NCBI GenBank assembly: GCA_964523645.1
Contig: CAZGAW010000002.1
Coordinates: 30,253-94,252 of the forward strand
DNA from: an uncultured bacterium
Lineage (GTDB): Bacteria; Poribacteria; WGA-4E; WGA-3G
Direction of reading: 5' to 3'
Length of the DNA stretch: 64,000 nucleotides
Part shown: in pieces, positions 43,669 to 52,881 of the stretch
How the letters are laid out: every line of letters starts with the position of its first letter
Position numbering within the stretch: position 1 is the stretch's first letter
The notes under the pieces: model-generated
What the model was told of the DNA's origin: nothing
The model's input: the letters and a program-made list of their open reading frames with translations, nothing else
The model's database searches: none
Translations under genes and position numbers: made by a program

Positions 43669-43860
43669 ATGGCGAAACGCAAACGAAGAAACTTCACCCC
43701 CCAGTTTAAAGCGGAGGTTGTTCTGGAGGCTCTCCGCGGTGAAAGTTCGCAAGCAGAGCTGTGTCCTCAACATAACCTCAGCGATGAACAACTCTCGAAG
43801 TGGAAGCAGCAAGTCGTTGAAAATATGACATCTGTGTTTGTCTCATGTAGGTCGGTGTAG
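43669..43860 (+). pseudogene. IS3-family OrfA (HTH_Tnp_1) fragment
   Basis: MAKRKRRNFTPQFKAEVVLEALRGESSQAELCPQHNLSDEQLSKWKQQVVE is the canonical IS3/IS911 OrfA N-terminus; it is truncated and sits after, not before, the OrfB fragment. Confidence 0.65.
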
Positions 43861-43869
43861 AATGCAGCT

Positions 43870-44691
43870 TTATCTCAAACCCAATTCCTTCAATGTGCTT
43901 GCCATCATATCATGAGCAATCTGTGCCTTCTCCATCCGCATGTGTGGGAACGTTTCCACGGATATATACTTATCGTAACCGACTTTCCCTAAACTCTCCG
44001 CAAAGGTTCGGAAATCCAGTTCATCTCCGTCTTCACCCGGAATCAAAAAAGTACTATACGGATACATGCCTGTCACGCCTTTTACATGGCAGTGCGTCGT
44101 GAGCGGTCCCAATTTTTCGGTAACTTCGGCGATGTCTTCACCGATATGATAGAAATTGGTGATGTCGTTGAGGGACCTCAGCGCGTCAGAACCGACGTGT
44201 TCAATCAGAAGCGTAACTTTGGAAGAGGCATCGATTGTCGTCGCTTCGTGATTGTGGATGTTCATTGTAATGCCGAGTTCTTCAGCGCGTTGACAGATCG
44301 GTTTCAGCACGTTAACGAGGAGTCGCCATGCGAAGGCATCACCGTTCTCGCCACCGTATCCAGTGAGGAAGTTAACACCACCTGCCCCAAGTGCAACGGC
44401 TACATCTTGCAGCAGCGCGTAATGGTCAACTGCGCGCTGTTGATCCTCCACCGCCAATTGGTATAGACCGCCGCCAGTAAACGGATTAATAACAGAGACT
44501 TTTAATCCGCTGTCAGCTACCATCGTTTTAACTTCCTTAAGCAAGCCGTCGGTGACTTCACCGGAGGGGATATGCGCTTCGGGACCGCACATCATCTCGA
44601 TTGCATCGTAGCCAGCATCGGCGAGAATCGTAATAACTTCTTGTAGGGGAATGTCTTTCATCCCGCCTGCGTGATAAGAGATACCAATCAC
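43870..44691 (-). CDS. sugar phosphate isomerase/epimerase (xylose-isomerase-like TIM barrel)
   Basis: 273 aa; AGYDAIE, NIHNHE..T and VKG..H pattern of the AP_endonuc_2 family. Confidence 0.7.
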   Translation of the reverse strand: MIGISYHAGGMKDIPLQEVITILADAGYDAIEMMCGPEAHIPSGEVTDGLLKEVKTMVADSGLKVSVINPFTGGGLYQLAVEDQQRAVDHYALLQDVAVALGAGGVNFLTGYGGENGDAFAWRLLVNVLKPICQRAEELGITMNIHNHEATTIDASSKVTLLIEHVGSDALRSLNDITNFYHIGEDIAEVTEKLGPLTTHCHVKGVTGMYPYSTFLIPGEDGDELDFRTFAESLGKVGYDKYISVETFPHMRMEKAQIAHDMMASTLKELGLR

Positions 44692-45216
44692 TGTTATTCC
44701 TCCTTTACTTGTTCACTTTTTGTTCTTCCCGTTATATCCCAGATATGTACAATCCCGTTAACGTGGCCACTGGCGAGCGTAATACTATCAGGATGTGTGT
44801 ATTCTTGAGCATATTTCTTAGGTTAATACGAGGCATCCGTTAGCAATATGAATATGGCTTTATCCGCAATGTAGAGTAGGAGCACATCAAATGCCGCGCA
44901 GATCAACACAATTAACACGAAAATCCATTTCTTCCGTTTCAAAGTCTGTCCGGGCAGTCTGTCGCTCCTGCACCATCGAATACGTTCGCGGACGGATCGT
45001 CTCAGCCTCATTGCTTTCTCCTTTCAAGGACAGCGTGGACACTTTGTTACCCTTATAGAGACTTCTCCGATTAAAAAGATAGGAGAAAGCAACTTTAGCA
45101 GCAGGAAAATAAAAACGCTGAATCCGTTTGTAGGTGCAGCGATTATATTTCACCGCCTACCTTCAAAAGAATTTGAACGTTAGGTTCATTCAGATTCAAC
45201 TTGTTTTCCGGTGGAT

Positions 45217-46110
45217 TCATCGTTCCCTGACAAAGAGCGAACCTTCCTGCGTCGCGCATATAAGTTTTTCGCCATCTGCTGAAAATGTTAATTCTCGGAT
45301 GGGACTCTCTTGGACTGGGAACATGGATACTGGCTTACCATCACTTACATCCCATAACTGAATGTAGTTATCTCTCCCGCCGCTTACAAGTAGCTCTCCA
45401 TCGGTAGAGAATGCCAAGGCGTTGACTGAATCAGTATGCCCCCTGAATATCGTGAGTAAATGCTTGCTTTCCAAATTCCACAATTTCACAAGTGTGTCCG
45501 AACCGCCGCTCACCAGCGTCTCACTTTCAGGTGAAAATGCCAAAGCCAAAACAAGTCCATCATGTGCCGAGAAAGTAGACAGCAGCCCGCCCGTTTCAAC
45601 TTCCCACAAACGAATCTTACCGTCCGCACTTCCACTGGCGAGTGTTGTTCCATCCGGTGAAAATGCCAAACTTCTAATGCGCCCTGGGGCTTCCGTAGAA
45701 GAAGCGAGCAACCGTTCCGTGCGCGGATCCCATCCGGGGAGTGGAACGCCATCGGGTGAAGATGATGCTAACGCGTTCACCAGATTAGAATCCCCGGCAA
45801 GTGTTAGCACTTCGCGCGCCGTGGCGGTATCCCAGAGTCGGAGCGTGTTATCTTCACTTCCACTGGCAAGCAGCGAATTGTCTGGCGCGAATGCCAATGC
45901 CCGCATGTGTTCGGTATAACCTGAGAGCATCGCAAATTGCGCGCCACTCTCTGTGTCGTATATCCAGATACGTCCATCACCCCCCGCGGCGAGCCGTGTG
46001 CCATCTGGCGAGAAAGTGATAGCCATTACTTGCTTTTTATCGAACCTCGTTTTGAGTCCCGGAGGTAACTCAGATGGGATACTGTTCTGAAACAGTTCTA
46101 TTTTTTCCAT
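45217..46110 (-). CDS. WD40-repeat protein
   Basis: Repeats ending LASGSEDNTLRLWD, LASGSADGKIRLWE, LVSGGSDTLVKLWN and LVSGGRDNYIQLWD. Confidence 0.85.
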   Translation of the reverse strand: MEKIELFQNSIPSELPPGLKTRFDKKQVMAITFSPDGTRLAAGGDGRIWIYDTESGAQFAMLSGYTEHMRALAFAPDNSLLASGSEDNTLRLWDTATAREVLTLAGDSNLVNALASSSPDGVPLPGWDPRTERLLASSTEAPGRIRSLAFSPDGTTLASGSADGKIRLWEVETGGLLSTFSAHDGLVLALAFSPESETLVSGGSDTLVKLWNLESKHLLTIFRGHTDSVNALAFSTDGELLVSGGRDNYIQLWDVSDGKPVSMFPVQESPIRELTFSADGEKLICATQEGSLFVRER

Positions 46111-46223
46111 TTTTTAACTATTGCTCCTGGGCTAAAGAAATCCCAAGCAAAAACCCCTCCATTTCGTTTCGGGCAGATTTCTGGTTCAGTCTACTGAATT
46201 GGAGCCGTTTGCGGTTTCCAGTA

Positions 46224-47291
46224 TTAAAGTGAAGAATTCCAATCCAAAACGACGCCTGTGTATATATTCGGTTCATTGAGGAGACCGTCATAAGCCTGTT
46301 TAATCTGATCGGGTTTGAGACGATGCGAAATTAGAGGTTCAACGTGCAATTTTCCGCGTGCCATCCAATCAAAGATCGTCTGCTGTTTGCTCCATTGCGA
46401 AGTGCGATTCCCGATGTCCGGGTACATCGGCACACACCACTCCAATGCCCCACGGATTGTAATCCATCGCAGATGCGTTTCGGAAAGCAGGTCGGTCAGG
46501 TTGCCTTGAACTTCGACGCGCGGTGAACCGAGAATAATCAGTTGTCCGTGGTTAGCGGTAGCACGGAGTGCTTGCATAACGACACCGCTGTGTCCGACGG
46601 CATCGACGGTGATATTACCGAGTTCACCGCCCGTAATTTCCTCAACCTCTGCTTGCGCCTCGTCAGCAGTACCGCCGACGGTATGATTAATTCCACACCG
46701 CTGTGCGAGTTTTCGCCGCGCTGCTACCGGATCTACACCGATCACGCGGCATCCATGAATTTGAAACATCTGTGATGCCAGATTGCCAACAAGCCCTAAC
46801 CCGAAAACAACAACCCAAGGATTCGTACCGATTTCTCCAACGACAATCGCGGTCATCGCAACACCTGCCATTCGCGATGCCGCAACGACAGCAGGATCCA
46901 CGGTTTCTCTAACAGGAGCGACCAGCCGATCTTGTGAGTATCGGATTGTCGAGGCGTGCCGTCCGTATGTGAAAACCCGATCGCCGGGTGCTGCACGGTT
47001 AACACCCGCACCCACTTCTCGCACAATGCCGACGTTCGCGTAACCAGAACGCCACGGATATTCGCACCATGCCCCCTTTTGGAACACTTTTGGCTCTCTC
47101 CCGGTATAATTTGCGAGTTCTGTGCCACTACTGATAAAAGTATATTCTGTGTCTATCAGTAATTCATTGGAAGCGAGTACCGGCGCGTCTATATCCGCAG
47201 TCTGCAGCTCGACTTGGTTCTGACCCGTTACAACAACCTCTCTTATTTTGATACTCCCACGCCTAAAGTCGTGGGATTCTTGTTTCTTCAT
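46224..47291 (-). CDS. MDR-superfamily dehydrogenase with an N-terminus apparently supplied by the adjacent IS end
   Basis: VFGLGLVGNLASQ Rossmann motif and GDRVF; ATG 47291 has SD GGAGG 6 nt upstream; ORF-track start is 47330. Confidence 0.65.
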   Translation of the reverse strand: MKKQESHDFRRGSIKIREVVVTGQNQVELQTADIDAPVLASNELLIDTEYTFISSGTELANYTGREPKVFQKGAWCEYPWRSGYANVGIVREVGAGVNRAAPGDRVFTYGRHASTIRYSQDRLVAPVRETVDPAVVAASRMAGVAMTAIVVGEIGTNPWVVVFGLGLVGNLASQMFQIHGCRVIGVDPVAARRKLAQRCGINHTVGGTADEAQAEVEEITGGELGNITVDAVGHSGVVMQALRATANHGQLIILGSPRVEVQGNLTDLLSETHLRWITIRGALEWCVPMYPDIGNRTSQWSKQQTIFDWMARGKLHVEPLISHRLKPDQIKQAYDGLLNEPNIYTGVVLDWNSSL

Positions 47292-47335
47292 TCGTAGCCT
47301 CCCTGTGGAGGTCTTACACAAACTCCACAAGCGTT

Positions 47336-48427
47336 TTACTTCTCCGTGTAGCCCACGGCGAGGTTCTTTAGATTTATCGCAGCGTTTTGGTCTCTGTCTA
47401 TAGACTTATAGCAGAAATCACAATTGAATTGACGCTCTGATAAGGATAGTTCGTCTTTTACATATCCACAACTGCTACACGTTTTACTGGACGCAAAGAA
47501 TTGTGGGGATTCTATAACAGGTATTCCAAGCACTTCTGCTTTGGATTTGAGTTTAGAGAGAAAACCGCCTAATGCTGAATCTGATAGGGCTTTGGCAAGT
47601 TTTCTATTTTTGAGCATATTGGTAATCATAAGCGTTTCTATTCCGATCACACTTGCCATGTTGACTATTTCTGTAGTCGCTTGCTGGTGTGCGTCCTCAC
47701 GGATACAAGCAATGCGATAATGTAGTTTTGCCACTCTTTCTTTTTGCTTATACCAGTTATTAGATAGAAATTTCTTACGACTTAACTTGCGTTGCTCACG
47801 GGCAAGTTTTCTCTCAAAGCGTTTGAGTGGTCTTGGATTATCATAGTGTTTACCGTTATCAAGGGTGGCAAGTGAGTTGATACCTACGTCTATGCCGATA
47901 ATAGGGAGTCCGCGTGTATCACGGGGAGTGTTTGGTGTTCCTGTGTCAACAGTTATAGAGACAAACCACCTCTGTGCCATCTTGGATAGGGTAACACGGA
48001 TAATCTTACCTTCAAAACGCAACTCTTGAAACATTTTGACCCAACCGATTTTGGGCAACTTGATACGCTTTCCGTCTATTCTTACTGCCTGTTCGTCTGT
48101 GGTATAAGATAGTTTGTGTCCACGTTTCTTATACTTTGGAAACCCGCTGATTTTATTTGACCAACGGCTTATACTGTTCGCTAATGCCTTAATAGCATAT
48201 AAGCCCGCACGCTGGTCTTGTGCTTTTGCCCACTCATATTCCTTTTTCTGTTTATTCCAACGATTATTTAAATCAACTTCGGAACGGAATTCGTTAGACT
48301 CTAACCCACTTTTAAAATCAGAGAGTCCATTATTATAGGCAAAGCGAGCATAACCGCATTGACTATGAAACCAGTGCTCTTGAACGCTATTTGGGCGTAA
48401 CGCTATTTTGTGAGACTTGTGTGCCAT
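47336..48427 (-). CDS. tnpB: TnpB (IS605 OrfB-family RNA-guided nuclease)
   Basis: IGIDVGINS (RuvC-I), zinc finger CSSCG...CDFCY, DRDQNAAINL (RuvC-III); N-terminal HKIALRPN...FHSQCGYARFAYN is typical of OrfB_IS605. Confidence 0.85.
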   Translation of the reverse strand: MAHKSHKIALRPNSVQEHWFHSQCGYARFAYNNGLSDFKSGLESNEFRSEVDLNNRWNKQKKEYEWAKAQDQRAGLYAIKALANSISRWSNKISGFPKYKKRGHKLSYTTDEQAVRIDGKRIKLPKIGWVKMFQELRFEGKIIRVTLSKMAQRWFVSITVDTGTPNTPRDTRGLPIIGIDVGINSLATLDNGKHYDNPRPLKRFERKLAREQRKLSRKKFLSNNWYKQKERVAKLHYRIACIREDAHQQATTEIVNMASVIGIETLMITNMLKNRKLAKALSDSALGGFLSKLKSKAEVLGIPVIESPQFFASSKTCSSCGYVKDELSLSERQFNCDFCYKSIDRDQNAAINLKNLAVGYTEK

Positions 48428-48519
48428 TTTGGGTATTACCTATTCTGTGAAGTTTCCTATTCCCTCTGCTAAAGGCGTGGCGGGTATTAGCAGTACCCAC
48501 CACTGAATAGGTAACATAA

Positions 48520-48547
48520 TTATACCACAAAATGCACCTAAAGTCAA
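48520..48547 (-). promoter_or_regulatory. sigma70 promoter inside the IS left end (TTGACT-16 nt-TGg TATAAT) driving tnpB
   Basis: The reverse complement reads TTGACTtaggtgcattttgtggTATAAT, about 90 nt upstream of ATG 48427. Confidence 0.6.
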
Positions 48548-48624
48548 ACTTTTTTTCGGTGTCGGTAGACTCCCAACTGGGTTGGACCCACAGCTAAAGC
48601 AGTGGGATTGTTAGACAATGCCCT

Positions 48625-48954
48625 TCATGGTGAATCTTTTTCTTCTAATTCTTTTAATTCTTCCTGCTTAATCTTATGAATCAGTGCTTGCATCCGTTTG
48701 TATCTGAAAAGCCCAACGAAGAAAGTCGCAATGCCGAGTAAAATGAAGATGATACCGATTATCTCAACGATATACGAACTAAAGATCTCTTTGAGATGCA
48801 CAAAGGATAAGCCTGCAACGAACAGCGTTAGCGCCGTACGAATGTAGGCAAGGAAAGTCCGCTCATTCGCGAGGATAGTTCGGTCTGCAGCGAGATGATC
48901 CCGCAAAATAAGTTGGTCTTCCAGTCCTTTGTAAGGCGTTGGTTTATCTGACAT
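48625..48954 (-). CDS. DUF202 (YidH-like) membrane protein
   Basis: LRDHLAADRTILANERTFLAYIRTAL is the DUF202 signature; two further TM helices. Confidence 0.6.
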   Translation of the reverse strand: MSDKPTPYKGLEDQLILRDHLAADRTILANERTFLAYIRTALTLFVAGLSFVHLKEIFSSYIVEIIGIIFILLGIATFFVGLFRYKRMQALIHKIKQEELKELEEKDSP

Positions 48955-48974
48955 TCACTTGTTCCCTTCTTCAC

Positions 48975-49304
48975 TCAAAAGAGATTCAAAATAATAACAC
49001 CGGCAAGCCATCCATAAAAAGTTCGCATGCACCGTAGCCTTTTCGCGGCTCGCTGATATTCCACCGTGTAATACGCCGGATTTTGGAAGTAGAACGTCAG
49101 TCGTTTCGGCGTGGACAAGTCAATTTTAGGCGTTAAAGCCATCATAACAACGGTGCTTAAACCGAGAAGCACAATATTGAATATGGGCAGGATACTGAGC
49201 ACCGCGCCAAATACTGTCCAACGCCACTTAGAAACACTACGGGATGCGTCAACCCGTGCCATGCAGATCAGCAATGCGGATGGTGTTTTTGTTCCTGAAA
49301 CCAT
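48975..49304 (-). CDS. hypothetical small membrane protein
   Basis: ORF with two hydrophobic segments between the PhyH and DUF202 genes; no other support. Confidence 0.3.
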   Translation of the reverse strand: MVSGTKTPSALLICMARVDASRSVSKWRWTVFGAVLSILPIFNIVLLGLSTVVMMALTPKIDLSTPKRLTFYFQNPAYYTVEYQRAAKRLRCMRTFYGWLAGVIILNLF

Positions 49305-49385
49305 GCATGATGTCCGAATTGAAACGCGAGGCTTCCCTGCGCCGCTCTTTTATCGTGTAGAAAGACTTTCTGCGCGCGACACGCG

Positions 49386-50129
49386 TTAGTCCTCATAACG
49401 TAGGTTTTTGCCGTTATCGGGACCGCTTTGATGCCAAACCCAGACGTTACGGAAATATGCCTGTTTTTCTGGGGGTAACCCTTCAATGATGTGCTTGGGC
49501 ACTGATGGCTTATGAAATTGACACCCGACGAAATTGTAGCAATTGAAGATGGCGATCCGCGGTCGATCCGGGTTTTGCCACGCAACCCCGGAATGGCAGA
49601 GGTTTTCCGTGAAGATAACGACGGAACCTGGCGGGCAGCTATAGGTTTCAAACAACGGTGAATCTGTCTGGCGATGCGCTTCAGGAATTTGGAAGTTTGC
49701 TTTATGGCTTCCCGGCAAGAATAACGTGCCACCTTCACCCGCTTCGACTTCGTTGAGTTCAAAGACAACCCGCGTCAAGGCGGAGTATATCTTTCCTCCA
49801 TGACACTGATAATTGAAATTAGGATTCACATTTCGCACGCCACCATGAGGCGGCGGACCGCCATCTCCAACAGTGCGGTAGGTGAACCAGCTGGATTCCA
49901 TTCGAATTTCTCCAAGAATCTCACGGAGAATGTCAATTACGACTGGATGATCAATTAAAGATGATGCCGTCCCACCTGGAAACCGTCGTTCATGTGGCGG
50001 TAAAGCTTCAGGATCCGTTCGGATGGTCTCAATTTGCGCTTTCAGTGCCTCGATTTCCGAAGACTTTAAAACTTCAGGTATTAACAGGTAGCCCTTGAGA
50101 TCAAAGATGAATTTCTGTTCTTCCGTCAT
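49386..50129 (-). CDS. phytanoyl-CoA dioxygenase (PhyH)-family oxygenase
   Basis: FDLKGYLLIPEVL start, H..D-type PPHGG.. region, distal LPGSHK and CHSG. Confidence 0.65.
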   Translation of the reverse strand: MTEEQKFIFDLKGYLLIPEVLKSSEIEALKAQIETIRTDPEALPPHERRFPGGTASSLIDHPVVIDILREILGEIRMESSWFTYRTVGDGGPPPHGGVRNVNPNFNYQCHGGKIYSALTRVVFELNEVEAGEGGTLFLPGSHKANFQIPEAHRQTDSPLFETYSCPPGSVVIFTENLCHSGVAWQNPDRPRIAIFNCYNFVGCQFHKPSVPKHIIEGLPPEKQAYFRNVWVWHQSGPDNGKNLRYED

Positions 50130-50356
50130 AGCAATCCCCTCTAACGACTAACACTTCTATTTATGTTAACGATTATAGCAAATTTTAAGTTTTATTCAAA
50201 ACGATTTTTTAATAGAGAGGCACCGTAATCGACCACAAATCTGGTAGGGGCGGTTGCCTAACCGCACTAAGCACGGTCGTCAGTAAGAGAACAGTCTCCT
50301 TGTCCAAAAATCGGCAACCCATAGTTGAGATGCCCCGAAAAATTGATAACCTATTC

Positions 50357-50386
50357 TTGACACCAGCCTATACTGTATGCTATATT
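50357..50386 (+). promoter_or_regulatory. sigma70-type promoter (TTGACA-18 nt-TATATT)
   Basis: Seen directly; about 110 nt upstream of ATG 50503. Confidence 0.45.
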
Positions 50387-50502
50387 AAAAACATGCCACA
50401 AATAGTATGTTTCACCATGAATCTCAGACCGAAAAATACTATAAGAGGCATCGACATACCGTTAAATGTATTTATATATAAAGGAATGGAGTAACCAATT
50501 TA

Positions 50503-51093
50503 ATGGATTTCAAACAAGCGTTAGATAGCAAAATCGCAGATTATAACTTACTTAATCACCCGTTTTACCAAGCGTGGAGTGCTGGCGAGCTGCCTGTCAA
50601 GGCTCTACGCGCCTATGCGCGCGAGTATGGTGCTTTTATTGCTACGATACCCGACGGCTGGGAGGCACTCAACGAGGCTGAAATAGCGGAAGAAGAAACC
50701 GAACATATCGACTTATGGGCGGACTTCGCTGCTGGACTTGACACCGCCGTTGCCGAAGCACAAATTCCACAAGTGAAAGCACTAATGGAAACGGCACATG
50801 AACTCTTTTCCGAGCCGACGACTGCAGCCGGTGCGCTCTATGCGTTTGAGGCGCAGCAACCGGCAACTGCGCAATCGAAACTCACAGGTTTGAAGGCGTT
50901 CTATCAACTTCCACAATCGGTAGAGCCGTATTTTGAAACGCATTCACATAACGAGCATGAAGCGGAGAAACTACTTGCGCACATCGGCACGTTGCCATCG
51001 GATTCACACGCCACTGTCGTGCAGGCTTGTGAACAGATGAGCACGGCTTTGTGGGATGCTCTTACGGGAATTCACGATGCCGAATGCACATGA
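50503..51093 (+). CDS. heme-oxygenase-like di-iron fold protein (TenA/PqqC/CADD family)
   Basis: LLNHPFYQAWSAGELPVKALRAYAREYGAFI is the characteristic N-terminus of PqqC/CADD-like proteins; E..H pairs (EETEHID, HNEHEAE). Confidence 0.6.
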   Translation: MDFKQALDSKIADYNLLNHPFYQAWSAGELPVKALRAYAREYGAFIATIPDGWEALNEAEIAEEETEHIDLWADFAAGLDTAVAEAQIPQVKALMETAHELFSEPTTAAGALYAFEAQQPATAQSKLTGLKAFYQLPQSVEPYFETHSHNEHEAEKLLAHIGTLPSDSHATVVQACEQMSTALWDALTGIHDAECT

Positions 51094-51460
51094 TACAGTA
51101 AAAGCGTATTTTGACGCACTTGTTGTTGGAGATGCTGAAACCCTCATTGCAATGATGCTCCCTGCCGCTCACTACGTCAAGATCGGTACCGACGCTGACG
51201 AAGTTGTTGAAGGGAGCACAGAGATCGCGGCGTATTACCGAAACCACGTCGCGAGCACAGAGGATTTCAGCATTGAATTCATCAACCTTGATGTGCAGGA
51301 ACGGGACAATGTTGCCTGGTTCTACACGCGTCAGGTCTGGCGACTCAAATGGCAAGGCACGCCAGAGGAATTCGTGATGCGGATGACGGGGGTTTTGGAA
51401 AAGGTTGACGAGTTGTGGAAGTTTGCACAGATCCACGCCTCAATCGGTGTAAAATCGTAG
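51077..51460 (+). CDS. SnoaL/NTF2-like small protein
   Basis: VKAYFDALVVGDAETLIAMM start typical of SnoaL-like domains; start trimmed to ATG 51077 (17-nt overlap with the upstream gene). Confidence 0.5.
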   Translation: MPNAHDTVKAYFDALVVGDAETLIAMMLPAAHYVKIGTDADEVVEGSTEIAAYYRNHVASTEDFSIEFINLDVQERDNVAWFYTRQVWRLKWQGTPEEFVMRMTGVLEKVDELWKFAQIHASIGVKS

Positions 51461-51505
51461 GCACATATTGATGTCCCGTAGAAATTGACGTTTGGAGTAC
51501 AAATT

Positions 51506-51772
51506 ATGATTGCCCTTTCTAAAGAAATTCAACAAGCGATCCAGGATTCTCAGGAAACCCCTGTGCGGTTGGTGGATCCAGAAACGAATGTAGAATATGT
51601 TGTGTTACCTGCTGAAACGTTTGAACGGATGCGAAAAGGCGTATACTACGATGACGGTCCAATAACGGAAGAGGAACAGACGGTGTTGCTAATTGAATTT
51701 GGACAACGCGCGGGTTGGGATGACCCCGAGATGGATGTTTACAATGATCTCGCTCCAGGGGAGAAATCATGA
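51506..51772 (+). CDS. type II antitoxin candidate (partner of MazF-like toxin)
   Basis: 88-aa acidic protein; ATGA overlap with the downstream PemK/MazF gene. Confidence 0.55.
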   Translation: MIALSKEIQQAIQDSQETPVRLVDPETNVEYVVLPAETFERMRKGVYYDDGPITEEEQTVLLIEFGQRAGWDDPEMDVYNDLAPGEKS

Positions 51773-52128
51773 ATGTCCGACGAGGCGAGATAGTTATTGT
51801 GAATTACCCGTACAGTGACCAAATTGGACGCAAGGTGCGTCCAGCCCTTGTCGTACAAGCTGACGCATGGAACGAGCGGCTTGATAACACAATTCTTGCT
51901 AGTATCACGAGTAGCCCTAACCAAAGAATCGGAGATGCAACGCAATATTTTATTGATATTACTACGACGAATGGGCACCGAACAGGGCTGCGCCTTAATT
52001 CCGTGGTTCAATGTAAAAACCTAATTACTTTCGATCAAAGCCGAATTCAGAGTGTAATCGGCAGTCTCTCTGATGCCGCCATGCTAGAAATAGACGCTTG
52101 CTTGAAAGCTGCATTGGGTATTCCGTAA
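51769..52128 (+). CDS. PemK/MazF-family endoribonuclease toxin
   Basis: RRGEIVIVNYPYSDQIGRKVRPALVVQ is the canonical MazF/PemK N-terminus. Confidence 0.75.
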   Translation: MNVRRGEIVIVNYPYSDQIGRKVRPALVVQADAWNERLDNTILASITSSPNQRIGDATQYFIDITTTNGHRTGLRLNSVVQCKNLITFDQSRIQSVIGSLSDAAMLEIDACLKAALGIP

Positions 52129-52146
52129 GCATGTGATCAACTTCTA

Positions 52147-52881
52147 ATGGAGAAACGCTTGCAAATTTCAACGATCTCTTTTGATGGCGACATGACTTTG
52201 TGGGATTTCATGAAGGTTATGCATCATTCGCTCAAGCACACGTTAGCGGAGCTGCAAAAACAGGTGCCGACACCGCGCGTTTTAGAGCTGACTGTCGACG
52301 AGATGGTTGCAATTCGGAATCAATTTGCGGAAGAGGTAAAGGGAAAAATCTGGAATCTGGAGGAAATCAGGCTGGGCGCGTTTGAGCGAACCCTTGAACA
52401 TGTCGGATGCCCGGATAAAGAACTCGCTGCCCGTCTAAATGCAATATATCGAAAGCACCGTTTTGAAGATGTAGAATTATACCCGGATGTTATCCCAACT
52501 TTTGATATTCTGGCACCGCATTTCAAGTTGGGGCTGCTCTCAAACGGGAACACCTACCCAGAACGCTGTGGACTTGAAGGGTATTTCGCCTTTGTTGTTT
52601 TTTCCCAAGATGTGCAGATTGAGAAACCGCATCCAAAAATCTTTGAAATTGCTGCCAAGCAGGCGGGTTGTGAACTCGCACAGATGCTCCATGTAGGGGA
52701 TTCGCTCGAAACCGATATTGCAGGCGCACGAAACGCCGGCGTGAGTTCCATTTGGCTCAACCGAGAAGGCGTACCAAACGACACAGAAATGCAACCCGAC
52801 TACGAGGTGGCTTCATTGACTGAAATCCCTGAAATTTTAGGGTGGAGATTTACTGCGGAATCGTTCCCACTCCATGAATGA
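52147..52881 (+). CDS. HAD-superfamily hydrolase
   Basis: Motif I FDGDMTLWD, motif II LLSNG, motif III/IV K...HVGDSLETDIAGARNAG. Confidence 0.8.
   Translation: MEKRLQISTISFDGDMTLWDFMKVMHHSLKHTLAELQKQVPTPRVLELTVDEMVAIRNQFAEEVKGKIWNLEEIRLGAFERTLEHVGCPDKELAARLNAIYRKHRFEDVELYPDVIPTFDILAPHFKLGLLSNGNTYPERCGLEGYFAFVVFSQDVQIEKPHPKIFEIAAKQAGCELAQMLHVGDSLETDIAGARNAGVSSIWLNREGVPNDTEMQPDYEVASLTEIPEILGWRFTAESFPLHE

Larger units (their letters stand above)
47250..48610 (-). mobile_element. IS200/IS605-family (IS1341-like) element carrying tnpB only
   Basis: Similar subterminal hairpins in direct orientation: 48587-48606 (CCCAC-AGCTAAAGCA-GTGGG) and 47255-47276 (TCCCAC-GCCTAAAGTC-GTGGGA). There is no tnpA and no inverted terminal repeats. 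Boundaries are accurate to about +/-15 nt. Confidence 0.7.
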
